Assembly: GCA_963713605.1 (NCBI GenBank)
Contig: CAVQMO010000001.1
Location: 192,001 to 256,000, forward strand
DNA length: 64,000 nt
Source: an uncultured Nitrososphaerales archaeon
GTDB lineage: Archaea; Thermoproteota; Nitrososphaeria; Nitrososphaerales; Nitrososphaeraceae
Direction: 5' to 3'
A model generated the notes under the pieces. The model made no database searches. It had not been told where the DNA came from and was given only the letters and a program-made list of their open reading frames with translations. The position numbers were made by a program, and so were the translations under genes. Within the stretch, counting starts at the first letter, position 1. Every line of letters starts with the position of its first letter. This document shows, one piece after another, positions 1 to 10,908 of the stretch.

Positions 1-118
1 AATTGTGTTCTACTTTTGATTGCTTCAAGAGTATCATATATAATCATATTTTTACAATCCCTGGGTCAGCATCAATTATATTCTTGTACGTACCTTGATT
101 CCTTAATCTCATAATATT

Positions 119-718
119 ATGAAGCTCACCAAAGCTAGGAAAGATCAATATCGGAAGTTAGCAAAACAGGAAGGATATCGTAGTCGGGCTGCGTTTAAAC
201 TCCTTCAGCTCAACAAGTCTCACAAGATACTCAAGAAATCTGATAGAGTGGTAGAATTTGGTTGCGCCCCAGGAGGGTGGATTCAGGTAGTTAGTCAACT
301 AGTCGGTCAATCCGGTTTTGTTTTGGGATTGGATCTAAAGGAAATTAGTCCGTTGGCGGGTACGAGATTTATCAAGGGAAGTATAGAAGATCCGCAACTG
401 ACACAAATTCTTCTCCAGACTATCGGCCCTGGTAACAAATTTGATGTAGTACTTAGTGACATGTCACCTAACGTAAGTGGAATTTGGGAGGTTGATCATG
501 AAAGACAAATTTCTCTTACTAAACATGCCCTACATGTCTCCACAAAAATCCTTGAAAGTGGTGGAAATGCTGTTTATAAGATTTTTCAAGGTGTTTCAAC
601 ACGATCCTTTGTAGAGGAACTTGCTATACACTTCACTTTAGTAAAGCTTAGCAAGCCTCCAGCCAGCAGACAGGAAAGCAGTGAACTTTACGTAATATGT
701 CTTGGCTTTAAAGAGTAA
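119..718 (+). CDS. rlmE: 23S rRNA (uridine-2'-O)-methyltransferase RlmE/FtsJ
   Basis: GYRSRAAFKL N-terminal motif, SAM-binding EFGCAPGGW, DVVLSDMSPN, KPPASR..SSE.Y. Confidence 0.95.
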   Translation: MKLTKARKDQYRKLAKQEGYRSRAAFKLLQLNKSHKILKKSDRVVEFGCAPGGWIQVVSQLVGQSGFVLGLDLKEISPLAGTRFIKGSIEDPQLTQILLQTIGPGNKFDVVLSDMSPNVSGIWEVDHERQISLTKHALHVSTKILESGGNAVYKIFQGVSTRSFVEELAIHFTLVKLSKPPASRQESSELYVICLGFKE

Positions 719-761
719 ACTGGTTCAAGTTCGCTTCCATATGGAACTTAGTGTTGTAACA

Positions 762-1484
762 TCAGCAGCCGTATCGTATGCCTGTACTGCATCTACCAGA
801 AGTAATATGATACGATATACACCCATCATCCTTGATTTTCAGGTTTTGCATCGAAACGGGGTATGAGGCCCTTGAGCCATCGTCATTAGGCAGCAAGGCG
901 CTATAAGGATAAAAGGTAGTCGAATATTCATCGGAGGAATTATCGCTAAGTCCAAACAATAACTGGGAAACTTCTACTTCATACTTTATTGGATACGGTG
1001 AATTCCTCATTTTATTCCACCATTCTATTCCTGTGAATTGTCTTGAGCCTTGAAAATTAAACCCCGCGACATTCTTTGCAGAGAGGTCGTAGATTTCATT
1101 TTGTCCATTGTTTTTATCTGTCAACGCATATCTGATTGTTTGTTTTTTGGAATCAAGAAATATCTGGCGATTGTAGGTGTGCCCGATAACTGGAAGAACG
1201 TGCACGAACCTATACTGATTAACCCCTCGAAATATCGCTTCAAAATAGTCTTGACCATCGAATTGGCAGATTAGGTTTAGCTCCAATGCGATGCCTTGAT
1301 TGTTAAAAATTTCTAAGAGATAGAGCATCCATGATTTGTCAGGAATGTTATTCGCCATTTCATTAACGATTGTAATTCTGTCTGCTACAGATATCACTCC
1401 CAAAGGGAAGAAGGATCTGACCTTCTTAGGATTGCTCTTCTCGCTATCCGTGACAAGACAATGTGAACCTACCCAGTAATGCAT
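762..1484 (-). CDS. hypothetical protein
   Basis: 240-aa ORF with globular composition; no motif recognised. Confidence 0.6.
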   Translation of the reverse strand: MHYWVGSHCLVTDSEKSNPKKVRSFFPLGVISVADRITIVNEMANNIPDKSWMLYLLEIFNNQGIALELNLICQFDGQDYFEAIFRGVNQYRFVHVLPVIGHTYNRQIFLDSKKQTIRYALTDKNNGQNEIYDLSAKNVAGFNFQGSRQFTGIEWWNKMRNSPYPIKYEVEVSQLLFGLSDNSSDEYSTTFYPYSALLPNDDGSRASYPVSMQNLKIKDDGCISYHITSGRCSTGIRYGC

Positions 1485-1760
1485 TCCATATTACTAGTAA
1501 TTTATGTTATTTAATCTACCTACTTTATCCGACGTCATAAAACAATAATCTATACCAATGTCAACATTATTCGAAGCTTATGCAATTAGCAAAGTGATCG
1601 AAAATTAATTCAGTCATAAGTTTAAGAATATAACTATGAATAAGCATTTCTTATTAGGCCAATAAGATAATCAGTGGATCGCTGGCAATGGCAATGTTAT
1701 TGTTACTCTAAGTTTGTCGATGTGTGCTTGTGGTCAGGTGAAGGATAGCGCTATACATGT

Positions 1761-2312
1761 CTATTTCTTTAGAAAGGATCCTAATTCTTTCATTCGTCCA
1801 GCCAGAAATCCCAATAAACAACCGTAGATAATATGAAATACCAATGAACCACCAATAATAACTGGAAACAACGATTGGAAGTGACTGGCAATATCATAGA
1901 TGTATTGATTTGGTGCCGAGTTGGAAAGCGAGTCAAGTCGAGGCTGTATTCCAAATGTGGTAACTGGAACAAATAATATTGCCCATAAAACGACTCCTAC
2001 TATTAGTCCAGTAATTATCCCATGATGATAGTCGTATGGCGCTATCCATCTCCAAAATGTTGATGCTTGTCCAAATATGTTTCCTGCTATGGTACCAGTT
2101 AACAAGTGAAAGCTAAATCCTACATATTGTGCAACTATCGGATCGTTAAAACCTAACGATATTCCGATCACAGCAAAGAATGTTCCAGGAGGAGTTCCTG
2201 AGATAAGGTCAACAACAACGAGGAGTCCTGAGATGGCCCATACAGCTATAAATCCCGCAAGTGTACAGTATGGAATATAGGCTCTTTGATCTACTCGCCA
2301 GCTCGCTTTCAA
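1761..2312 (-). CDS. hypothetical membrane protein (about 4 TM, His-containing helices)
   Basis: Four hydrophobic segments, with FHLLTG and FHIIYG in TM helices. Confidence 0.7.
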   Translation of the reverse strand: MKASWRVDQRAYIPYCTLAGFIAVWAISGLLVVVDLISGTPPGTFFAVIGISLGFNDPIVAQYVGFSFHLLTGTIAGNIFGQASTFWRWIAPYDYHHGIITGLIVGVVLWAILFVPVTTFGIQPRLDSLSNSAPNQYIYDIASHFQSLFPVIIGGSLVFHIIYGCLLGFLAGRMKELGSFLKK

Positions 2313-2511
2313 CCCTTCTCGTTAATCGTATTGCAGTGTTTGAGTATTTAAAGAATGCCCGATAATTGGAGCGCAACATCATTTTTAACCATGCAGGATA
2401 CACACATAAAAGCCCCGTAACTCGATCCTTAGAGTAAATTACACAGCCCGATGCTCAATAAGTCGACACTAAAGTAATCTGTCTTATAACAACTCTGTAA
2501 GCCCCCAAATT

Positions 2512-2534
2512 AGGCGCGGGGTGTGGGATTCGAA
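2512..2534 (-). repeat. att-like direct repeat of the tRNA-Ser 3' end
   Basis: aggcgcggggtgtgggattcgaa (2512-2534) vs aggcgcggggagtgggattcgaa (16096-16118): 22/23 identical; the flank cccaa.t.agg is also shared. Confidence 0.85.
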
Positions 2535-2743
2535 TCCCTTAGCCAAAGATGGGGATTCCATCTGATTCTGTATATTGCCAGAATGCTTTATCCCACTCCG
2601 TTTGCGAACGCCATACCCTTGCAATCAACGTCAAACATTGGTTACTGCATTTACGCATAGGCTCTTCAAGCGTTTGATTGAGTCACGGCTTATTATCCGT
2701 ATTTTTCCCCCAGATCAGACATAATTTCAACAAATTAGAGTAG

Positions 2744-2761
2744 AAAGGAAAATCTTATAAA
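2744..2761 (+). promoter_or_regulatory. BRE/TATA promoter candidate
   Basis: Purine-rich AAAGGAAAATC followed by TTATAAA (2755-2761), 30 nt before the ATG at 2785, as expected for an archaeal leaderless transcript. Confidence 0.55.
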
Positions 2762-2784
2762 TTGCGGTCTTGTACGTGACAATC

Positions 2785-2886
2785 ATGAACAATCTATTCA
2801 GTTTGCTAATAAACCTTGGAAGCCGGAGGATATCAGTGTGTACGAACAAACGCATTCCAGCTCATCCGGATTGCGGCCATAACTAA
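2785..2886 (+). CDS. small 33-aa peptide ORF (MNNLFSLLINLGSRRISVCTNKRIPAHPDCGHN)
   Basis: Read directly: ATG 2785 to TAA 2884-2886; TATA box upstream; GGTG SD-like motif before the next gene's TTG at 2901; below the ORF-track size cutoff. Confidence 0.5.
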   Translation: MNNLFSLLINLGSRRISVCTNKRIPAHPDCGHN

Positions 2887-2900
2887 GGTGTTATCCTAAA

Positions 2901-3671
2901 TTGAGTATTCAAAGGTACGGATTATGGGACGACATTCTGGGCCATAGCTATGGTTTTTGGTCAAGACAATGGTTGAAATGGGCTATATCTCCTCCTGTGA
3001 GCGGTGTTGTGAATGAGCATCCGCTGAAGGAATTTGATACGGGGGCTCACGTCGTAGTTCACGGAACACTTCCTGCAGGTGAAAATTCAGATAGAGTATC
3101 TTTTTCGGTGGATATTGGGAAGGTGACGAAGGTGAGCCAGCGCTTGATAATATCATTAAAGGCGGATATTATTTTAATCAAGCTAGAATATTTCGCAAAG
3201 TCGAGGACTTTCCAGGTAACGTTCCAATTCTCATCAATGCAGTATCCTCTGCAATTTCTCCAGAAGAGCATCCCGATGCTTTCGGACGAGCACTTTCCCT
3301 TGAAGACATTGAATATGCGGGCAAAAAATGTAATAGACCAATCTTATTCTGCGGTAAAGATTAAGTCCCCCAATGGTGAAATGCATGAATTTCATTCTAA
3401 TAAAGGAACACTCGATCGGGTTAGATACCCTGTTCATAATCCAACTGTAAGGGCAGGTATGTGGCATCACTTTGGAGAGAATAAGGAGATACACGCCGCC
3501 TAGATGGTTATTGGCTATTCCTGCGTGGATTAGAACCAGATAAGTCATCCCCATATACAATACAAATTGACTCTTACTCGCCTTTTTTTGATGTGTACTC
3601 ACGCTCACAATAGTCCGCATGATCCCTTTCAGGTTCATGTCACATACGAGCTTTATGTGCCTCAATCATGA
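2901..3671 (+). CDS. unknown-function protein, divergent paralog 1 of the 'W..WW.W / DGYW.FL' family (frameshift near 3500)
   Basis: GHSYGFWSRQWLKWAISPP N-terminus; after a frame change at ~3500 it reads DGYWLFLRGLEP...FQVHVTYELYVPQS*, matching the C-terminus of 3684-4328. Confidence 0.65.
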
Positions 3672-3683
3672 ATTGGAATTAGA

Positions 3684-4328
3684 TTGTTTCAGGAGAATTT
3701 TAATCAATACGAACGCTCTCTATTCTACTGCCGCAAGGAGCATCCATTTGGAGTCTCGTGGGAGGAATGGTGCTGCAGGTGGTGGAAATGGGCACTATCC
3801 ATTCCTAGGGAATCGAACCCAGGGATAGATAGCACTGGCGAAAAATATTTCCTAAATCCGCAATGGGAATCAGTGATATTTCTTGTAGGCACGTTTGGCG
3901 GTAGGGCTCAACGCTCCTATAAGATACCCGGAGGAAAATCAATTTTCTTGCCTATTATTAATTTCGAGACTTCCTTTAATGAAGAACCATATTTGCAGAG
4001 TGAGGAAGACTTGTTGAGTAGAGTGAGACGCGATATCGATGACATTATTCGTAGGGAGCTGATAATCGATGGAAATAGAGTTGTTAACTTGGATGCCTTC
4101 CGGATCACTACCGATGTGTTTGATCTAATCCTTCCTGAGGATAATGTATTTGGAGTTAAGCCTGGATTCACGCGTGCTGCTTCGGACGGTTACTGGGCCT
4201 TTCTCAAACCCCTTCCGTTGGGCCAGCATACAATTCGAGCTTCCGGTGCATGTTCATCCGGAAAAACTACCGTCGATATCACTTGGCAAATAACCGTAGA
4301 ACAGGATCAGACATCAAACTACCGATAA
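3684..4328 (+). CDS. unknown-function protein, paralog 2 (intact, no signal peptide)
   Basis: PFGVSWEEWCCRWWKWALSIP..SNPGIDSTG, VIFLVGTFGG, IPGGKSIFLPIIN, ASDGYWAFLKPLPLGQHTI. Confidence 0.85.
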   Translation: MFQENFNQYERSLFYCRKEHPFGVSWEEWCCRWWKWALSIPRESNPGIDSTGEKYFLNPQWESVIFLVGTFGGRAQRSYKIPGGKSIFLPIINFETSFNEEPYLQSEEDLLSRVRRDIDDIIRRELIIDGNRVVNLDAFRITTDVFDLILPEDNVFGVKPGFTRAASDGYWAFLKPLPLGQHTIRASGACSSGKTTVDITWQITVEQDQTSNYR

Positions 4329-4390
4329 ACGATAATGATGGAAACTTGGAATTCAGGTTTCCTGGCATACGTAATAAAATGTATTTTCCT

Positions 4391-5172
4391 CTAGGGGCGT
4401 ACGGTAAGATGGTACCTGCCATCTTGTGCGAATGTATTTGGACCGGTTGCAGTGACGTCTACGCTAGTGCCCTTAAAATGAATTTCATGCTTCCCTGGAG
4501 GTAGCGGCTTTAGAAATACATACTGTCCATTACCTGCTCCTTCGTAACTCTCCTGCGTCGACGCCAAATATGTTATTCTCTGGTAGAGTAAAGTTAAACA
4601 CAGGTGTAGCTACACGATAACTTTCAACAGGTCTCCCATCCACACTGGCTTCCATTTGGGTAACTTTGTCTTGGAAGTCTTTCGCGCATTCAATCATATC
4701 CTCCTTAGTACTTAAATTAGGAAATTCGGCTGGTGAACAAAAGGAATTGAGAATCGGAAAGAATAGTGATGCATTCGAAGGAACAGGTACAAGCTCTTTC
4801 AACAGATCCAGCAAATGTACCTGCTAGAAACCAGACTGGTCCCTGCTGTTTTTGAGCACAATAATCTCCTGTCGTATCTATTACAGGATTCGTACTTTCA
4901 GGAATTGAATACGCCCAGAGCCACCATAATTCCCCCCATTTACCGTAACTGTTTCCAAAGGGTTCAGACGATTGGGGATATACTTGGGGACCGGCAACAA
5001 CACCACTTTCGTTTTGACCCATTGCAATGGTATCTGGGGTCATTGTGAATAATGGCGCCGAGACGCACAAGAGTGTAACAAGTAAAAGTCTACTTAAATC
5101 AGGATCCGTCCATGCTAGTATCAAAGCTCGCCTGTCAAGGATGGGATGGGTTTCTATTATATAAATTCTCAC
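4391..5172 (-). CDS. unknown-function exported protein, paralog 3 (at least two frameshifts)
   Basis: Hydrophobic signal/anchor LLLVTLLCVSAPLF; PFGNSYGKWGELWWLWAYSIPESTNPVIDTTGDYC, PVWFLAGT; continues in 4530-4814, then GNGQYVFLKPLPPGKHEIHF...YHLTVRP* ending at 4391. Confidence 0.75.
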
Positions 5173-5261
5173 ATTCTATTTCAATTCGGCAAAAAGATTA
5201 TTAATTATTGTGCCATCTTGAACTATAGAGGTCGGTTCATGATGCGACGGACGACTGGAAA

Positions 5262-6622
5262 ATGTATTTGCTAGATAGATTGTTTGAGGACCGGTGCATC
5301 TACGCTTCTTTTATAATATTGTTAGCTGTTTTATTCGTTGATGTTTCTCTCATAAAAATCTTGAATCTGCTTTTTGTCCAAAGTGATAATTTTTGGCGGG
5401 TAAATCTCTTCTCGACGATATCAATATTGTATGTTGTACTGATGGTGTTCATCATTACTGGTAGTCTTAAAAATGGCTGGTGGTCAGCAGTGAAGATTGG
5501 AAGTAAGAATATGCAAAAGCCACTGATAATAACTCAACCTGTCCTACTATCACTCATAGCTATAGTATTAATGCAATTGCTATCTCTCCATCACTACGGT
5601 ACAATCCTCCTAATTATTATTATTGCTACTAGCTACGTTTTGGGGATTTATATTTTGGTTGTTCTTACTAGGCACTTTGTAATTTGGTCCAAATCTAACA
5701 GGACTAACAAAGTCGTCTTAGGGTACAGTGTTTCCTTCATAGTGATCTCTGCAAACCTAATCTTAACTCTGAGCGTTGTAATGATGGCTTCTTTTGGCTG
5801 GAGTTCTACTTCTCCTTCATTTATTGGAACCACTGCCATATACATTAAAAGCGGTTCCCCTCTCTGAGCTAGTAACTTTTGCTGAATTAGTCACCTCGAT
5901 AATTGCGTTTGGAATTACATGGTAATCAACCACTCTACTCCTGTCTAACTATTCGGAAAAGATCGGGAAGAAGTCATACTGGATATTCCTTTCCATTCCG
6001 TTGGCATATTTTATGGGTCAGTATATTGTTTTCTATTTCAGTTTATTTACGCCTCTGTTTACAATTGATCCGTTTTTCTATGGGACGCTCATAACTTTGC
6101 TCTTTGCTCTGAGTAAACCAGTCGGAGGAATCCTTTTTGGCATAAGCTTTCTGGACTGTAGCAAAAAAAATACCGTCTAGCTATAGAGAACGGAGGTATC
6201 TACTCATTTCAGCCTTTGGTTTTATTCTATTGTTCGTGTCCAGTCAGGCTATCCTGTTAATAAATATCCCATTTCCACCTTTCGGTTTGATTGCATCTTC
6301 TACAATAGGATTTGCATGTTACTTAGTTTCGGTGGGCATTTACTCCTCGGCGATCTCAGTAGCCCATGACGCATCATTACGACAACGTGTTAGAAAAATG
6401 GCAACTCCAGGACTTAACTTTCTGGACAGCATTGGAACCGCTGAAATGCAAAGTTATCTTGAGCAAAGAGTTGTTGAACTGGTGGAACGAAATAGAGATA
6501 TTTTGGAGGAAGGAACCAGGGATGAGTCCGACCTGAGTGATGAAGAAATAAAGAAATATGTTGAGGAGGTCCTGGGAGAAGTTAAGGCCAGCAGAGAGCG
6601 TAAAGAAGGAAAAGGATGGTGA
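5262..6622 (+). pseudogene. polytopic membrane protein (~450 aa, about 10-11 TM) with charged C-terminal helical tail; interrupted
   Basis: ORFs 5262-5867 and 6230-6622 are linked by a middle frame (YSEKIGKKSYWIFLSIPLAYF...SKPVGGILFG) containing one in-frame TAA and two frameshifts; C-terminus SSAISVAHDASLR...LDSIGTAEM...EEIKKYVEEVL. Confidence 0.7.
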
Positions 6623-7278
6623 GCGACAATAAATGCAATATGCAATGTGGACATGTAACTTCTTCTATAGTCGATTTGAGGATTCCTGTTCTCTTCTTGA
6701 GCTCCGTAATATCGGGAATATGATCTCCACGAGTCTTTATCCAAGTGAACCTCACCTCCAGTGGTACCGTTTTGAATATGGTCTAGGTCCTAATGCTAAA
6801 AGGCTATGGGAAAAATAGAGATGCCAAGGCCTTGTACCTGCTCTTGAATGAATAACTATGAAAAGAAAGTTTGTTGAAAGCGCTTCAGTAAGAGCCCTAG
6901 GGTAATTTTACTGCAATTGGAGTCATAACTGTATGACCATGAAAATAGTGCAGGATCCATGATAATCTTTCGTATAATATCCGAATCTTCAACAAAATCA
7001 GGTACCGCCGGCAGTATCATTGTCTCAGTAAACTTTGCAATCATACCTAAACTAGTCAAGATTGCATGATATCCGTGGGGAGGAAGAAAAGACGAGTATA
7101 CTGATCTGCCTTTTCACAATCCTACTTGCTTATCTTTTCTCAATATCATAATTACTATTCATTTATTTGTTCCACACTAGGAAAATGAGTGTGTGAATAT
7201 CATAATTATGAATTAAAAGTAATTAAATTGGAACTAGAAATAATAATAGGGAATGGAAAGAGGCATCGACATAACTGT

Positions 7279-9076
7279 ATGAGACCAGTTTTGCTTACCG
7301 TGGATGATAATCCGCAGGTGGTTCAAGCTATTAAGCGGGATTTAAGGCATCAATATGGCAAGCGCTTTCGTATTCTTAAAGCTGAATCTGGTCAAAAAGC
7401 TCTTGAATTAGTGAAGCAATTGAAACTGCGAAATGAGACCGTGGCATTGCTCTTGGTAGACCAGCGGATGCCTCAGATGTCTGGAGTAGAATTACTGGAG
7501 CAGTCTATTGACATTTTTCCAGAGGCTAAGCGCGTGTTACTTACGGCGTATGCAGATACTGAGGCTGCAATAAGATCTATCAACAAAGCCAAAATTGATT
7601 ACTACCTAATGAAACCGTGGGACCCTCCTGAAGAACATTTGTATCCAGTACTCGATGATTTATTAGACGATTGGTGGGCTTCTTTTAAGCCTCCATATGA
7701 GGGCATCAAGGTTATAGGAATAAGATGGTCGCCAAGATCATATGAAGTAAAACACTTTCTAGCGAGAAATGGTATACCTTATCAATGGCTAGATATAGAA
7801 TCTGATGAAGGTCGCCATTTGGTTTCTTTTGTCGCTTCGACTAGTAAGGGAGAGGAATCTGGTCAAATTTCCAACACCTCCATTTCTGATATTAATCATA
7901 ACCAGCATGAAAACGACACTGATAATACAGCGTCCTTGATTAGATCACCTTCATTAACACTGTTGCCTTCTTCCTTAAAACTGCCACTTGTTATCTTTCC
8001 TGATGGCTCATATATGGATGAGCCATCTAATTCAGGGCTTGCAGAAAAAATTGGTCTAAAGACTCAAGCACAGATGCCTTTCTATGATTTGATAATAATA
8101 GGAGCAGGACCAGCCGGATTGGCGGCAGCAGTATATGGCGCGTCAGAGGGTCTCAGGTACATTAATAATTGAAAGACAAGCACCGGGCGGACAGGCAGCC
8201 ATGAGCTCTAATATTGAAAATTACCTCGGCTTTCCTTCTGGTCTAACTGGCAGCAATCTCGCTAGACGGGCGGTTGCGCAAGCAATCCGATTTGGCGTTG
8301 AGATTTTGACCCCCCAGGAAGTTATGGGTTTACGAATCGATGGCCCATATAGAATAGTTCAATTAAAGGATGGTAAAGAGATAAGTTGCCATGCCCTTCT
8401 TATTGCGTGTGGGGTATCGTATCGTAAGTTAGAAGATATAAAGGGAATAGATAAACTAACTGGAGCTGGTGTATATTACGGTGCCTCTATGGTAGAGGCG
8501 TTATCGTCTCAGAATGAAGATGTCTATATGGTTGGAGGGGCAAACTCTGCAGGTCAGAGGGCAGTTCATTTTTCTAAATATGCGAGAACAGTAACACTTG
8601 TAGTTCGTGGAGATTCTTTAACCAAAAGTATGTCATACTATCTTGTTAATCAAATAAATAGGACATCTAACATAAAAGTATTATTAAACTCAAAAGTTGT
8701 GGAAGTACAGGGCGGAGATCGGCTTCAATTCGTTACCATATTAAATACCCACACAGGAGAGCAGCATACTGTGGATTGTTCCGTGCTCTACATATTTATT
8801 GGTGCCGTACCACATACGGATGCTCTTGCTGGATTAGTAGAACGAGATGCAAATGGCTTTATATTGACAGGTCAGGATTTAATACAGGAGGATGGGCATA
8901 AACGTCCTAGGGGCTGGTACCTGGATCGGTCCCCATTTTTACTTGAGACAAACTTGCCTGGTATATTTGCTGCTGGAGATGTGCGTCATGGCTCTACGAA
9001 AAGAGTGGCTACAGGTGTTGGGGAAGGGTCTCTAGCTGTTCAACTAATACATCAATACCTAAAGAGCGTCAAATGA
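7279..9076 (+). CDS. response-regulator receiver / glutaredoxin-like / thioredoxin-reductase-family (FAD/NAD(P)) fusion; frameshift near 8157
   Basis: REC motifs VDD, DQRMP, LLTAYA, MKPW; FLARNGIPYQWLD; GAGPAGLAAAVY; after the frame change PGGQA...IENYLGFP, VGGANSAGQ, GIFAAGDVR; likely start ATG 7279. Confidence 0.9.
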
Positions 9077-9166
9077 TGTCAAATAATGGATTGCGTTTGC
9101 TTTGATCCTATGACACAGAGATGAAAATACTAATAACCTAGAAATTAGTGATATCAACAGTAGGCC

Positions 9167-10753
9167 ATGACCATCAGTTCTAATAGCAACAACATTACTC
9201 ATGATCAAGAATCTCTACTTCATCAAATACGGCTCTTCTCGGGGCTGAACGAACAGGAGTTAAATTCATTAGAAAAAGGGCAAGAGGTGTGGTTTAACAT
9301 AGGCGATAAAATACTTGCTGAGGGCCAGCATGATGCTTTTTATGTAGTTGTAGAAGGAAAGGTCGACGTCATATTAAGAGATGGGGCCAAAGAATCAGTT
9401 CTCTCCACCTATGACGCTGGAGATCATTTTGGAGAACTTCCGATCATTCTTGGATGGTCAGATCACAAATGTGCTGCTTTTGCTGCTAAAAAAAGTCGCC
9501 TGCTCAAATGGGATAAAGACGAATTCTGGCGAATGGTATACAGTTCTCCTTCTTTGACAAGACAAATACTGCATTCAATGGCGCAACTTCTTAAAACATT
9601 GGAGACAGTCTTACAACATAACCAGAAGCTCATTGCACTTGGTGGACTAGCTGCTGGTCTTGCTCATGAATTGAATAATCCCGCAGCAGCTCCCAATAGA
9701 TCCGTAACACAATTATCTGAATCCATTCAAGAGTGGAGATCTCTATCACGGAAGCTGAATGGGAAAGAAGGTATAACTCCTGCACAATGGTCATATGTTT
9801 CTAAATTAAGAGATAATATTCGAAATCCTGATCCGCCTTCTGCTGCCAGACAAACTCTTGGTGTTGTTTCTGCTTCTACTGATACTGACACAGATGATCC
9901 TATAAAGCAAAGCGAAATTGAGGAAGAGATCATCGACTGGCTTGGATCTCACGGTATTGGTGATGGATGGAAAATAGCATCTGATCTAATCGCCGCAGGA
10001 ATCACTATAAATGATTTGAATGAGATCACCAAAACTATCAACTCAACTCAATCACCAAAAGGGCGCAAGATGACAAATAATGATATGGTGGATAAAAATC
10101 TTAAGGACATCCTAAGCTGGCTTACAACTACGACAAGAGTAGATCAATTACTTTATGAAATCAAGAGCAGTACCACACGCATTAGTGATTTAGTTTCGGC
10201 TGTGAAATCATATTCATATATGGATCAGGCTCCTCTTCAGGAGGTCGATATCCATAAGGGAATAGAAAGCACATTGACAATTCTGCAATATAAAATAAGG
10301 AAAGCTGACATAACTATAAGTCGAGAATATGATTCTAATTTGCCTCATGTCAATGCTTTTGGAAACGAGCTAAATCAAGTTTGGACAAATTTAATAGATA
10401 ATGCTATTGACGGCATAGGAGAGCACGGAACTATATCAATTCGTACCAAGAACGAGGGGAATGATCATATACTTGTAGAAATAGCGGATAATGGAAGTCA
10501 AGGTATCCCAGAAAACCTAAAATCACGAATTTTTGAGCCATTCTTCACTACTAAGGATCTGGACAAAGGAACTGGTCTTGGATTGAGTATAAGCCACAGG
10601 ATTGTGACAGAGACACATAGAGGGGATATTCGTGTATACTCTCGCCCAGGAGAGACCCGTTTTCAGGTCCTCCTGCCTATCATCTATAATGAGGGACTAG
10701 AGAAAAGGTATTGGTCTTGGATTAAACCATTGGATAACCAAGAAGAAGCGTAA
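9167..10753 (+). CDS. cNMP-binding-domain sensor histidine kinase (cytoplasmic)
   Basis: N-terminal cNMP fold (FYVVVEGKV, GDHFGE); H-box AAGLAHELNNP; N-box NQVWTNLIDNA; F/G2 box IFEPFFTTK..GTGLGL. Confidence 0.92.
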   Translation: MTISSNSNNITHDQESLLHQIRLFSGLNEQELNSLEKGQEVWFNIGDKILAEGQHDAFYVVVEGKVDVILRDGAKESVLSTYDAGDHFGELPIILGWSDHKCAAFAAKKSRLLKWDKDEFWRMVYSSPSLTRQILHSMAQLLKTLETVLQHNQKLIALGGLAAGLAHELNNPAAAPNRSVTQLSESIQEWRSLSRKLNGKEGITPAQWSYVSKLRDNIRNPDPPSAARQTLGVVSASTDTDTDDPIKQSEIEEEIIDWLGSHGIGDGWKIASDLIAAGITINDLNEITKTINSTQSPKGRKMTNNDMVDKNLKDILSWLTTTTRVDQLLYEIKSSTTRISDLVSAVKSYSYMDQAPLQEVDIHKGIESTLTILQYKIRKADITISREYDSNLPHVNAFGNELNQVWTNLIDNAIDGIGEHGTISIRTKNEGNDHILVEIADNGSQGIPENLKSRIFEPFFTTKDLDKGTGLGLSISHRIVTETHRGDIRVYSRPGETRFQVLLPIIYNEGLEKRYWSWIKPLDNQEEA

Positions 10754-10908
10754 AGAATGTAGAGAGGCCTATTTCAAAATTAGAAGCCATCGAGGATTAG
10801 AATATGACACATAAAAGGCAATTCTCGGACTAATCTTCGAAACTTCGAAACTACCTTTTAATGGTTATCCTACGTCTTCCCAATCGGATATGCCACCTGC
10901 ATAGCGCC

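Noticed and set aside
6630..7180. Short ORFs and a possible HTH remnant between the membrane protein and REC-TrxR
   Set aside because: Only fragmentary frames; no family could be assigned.
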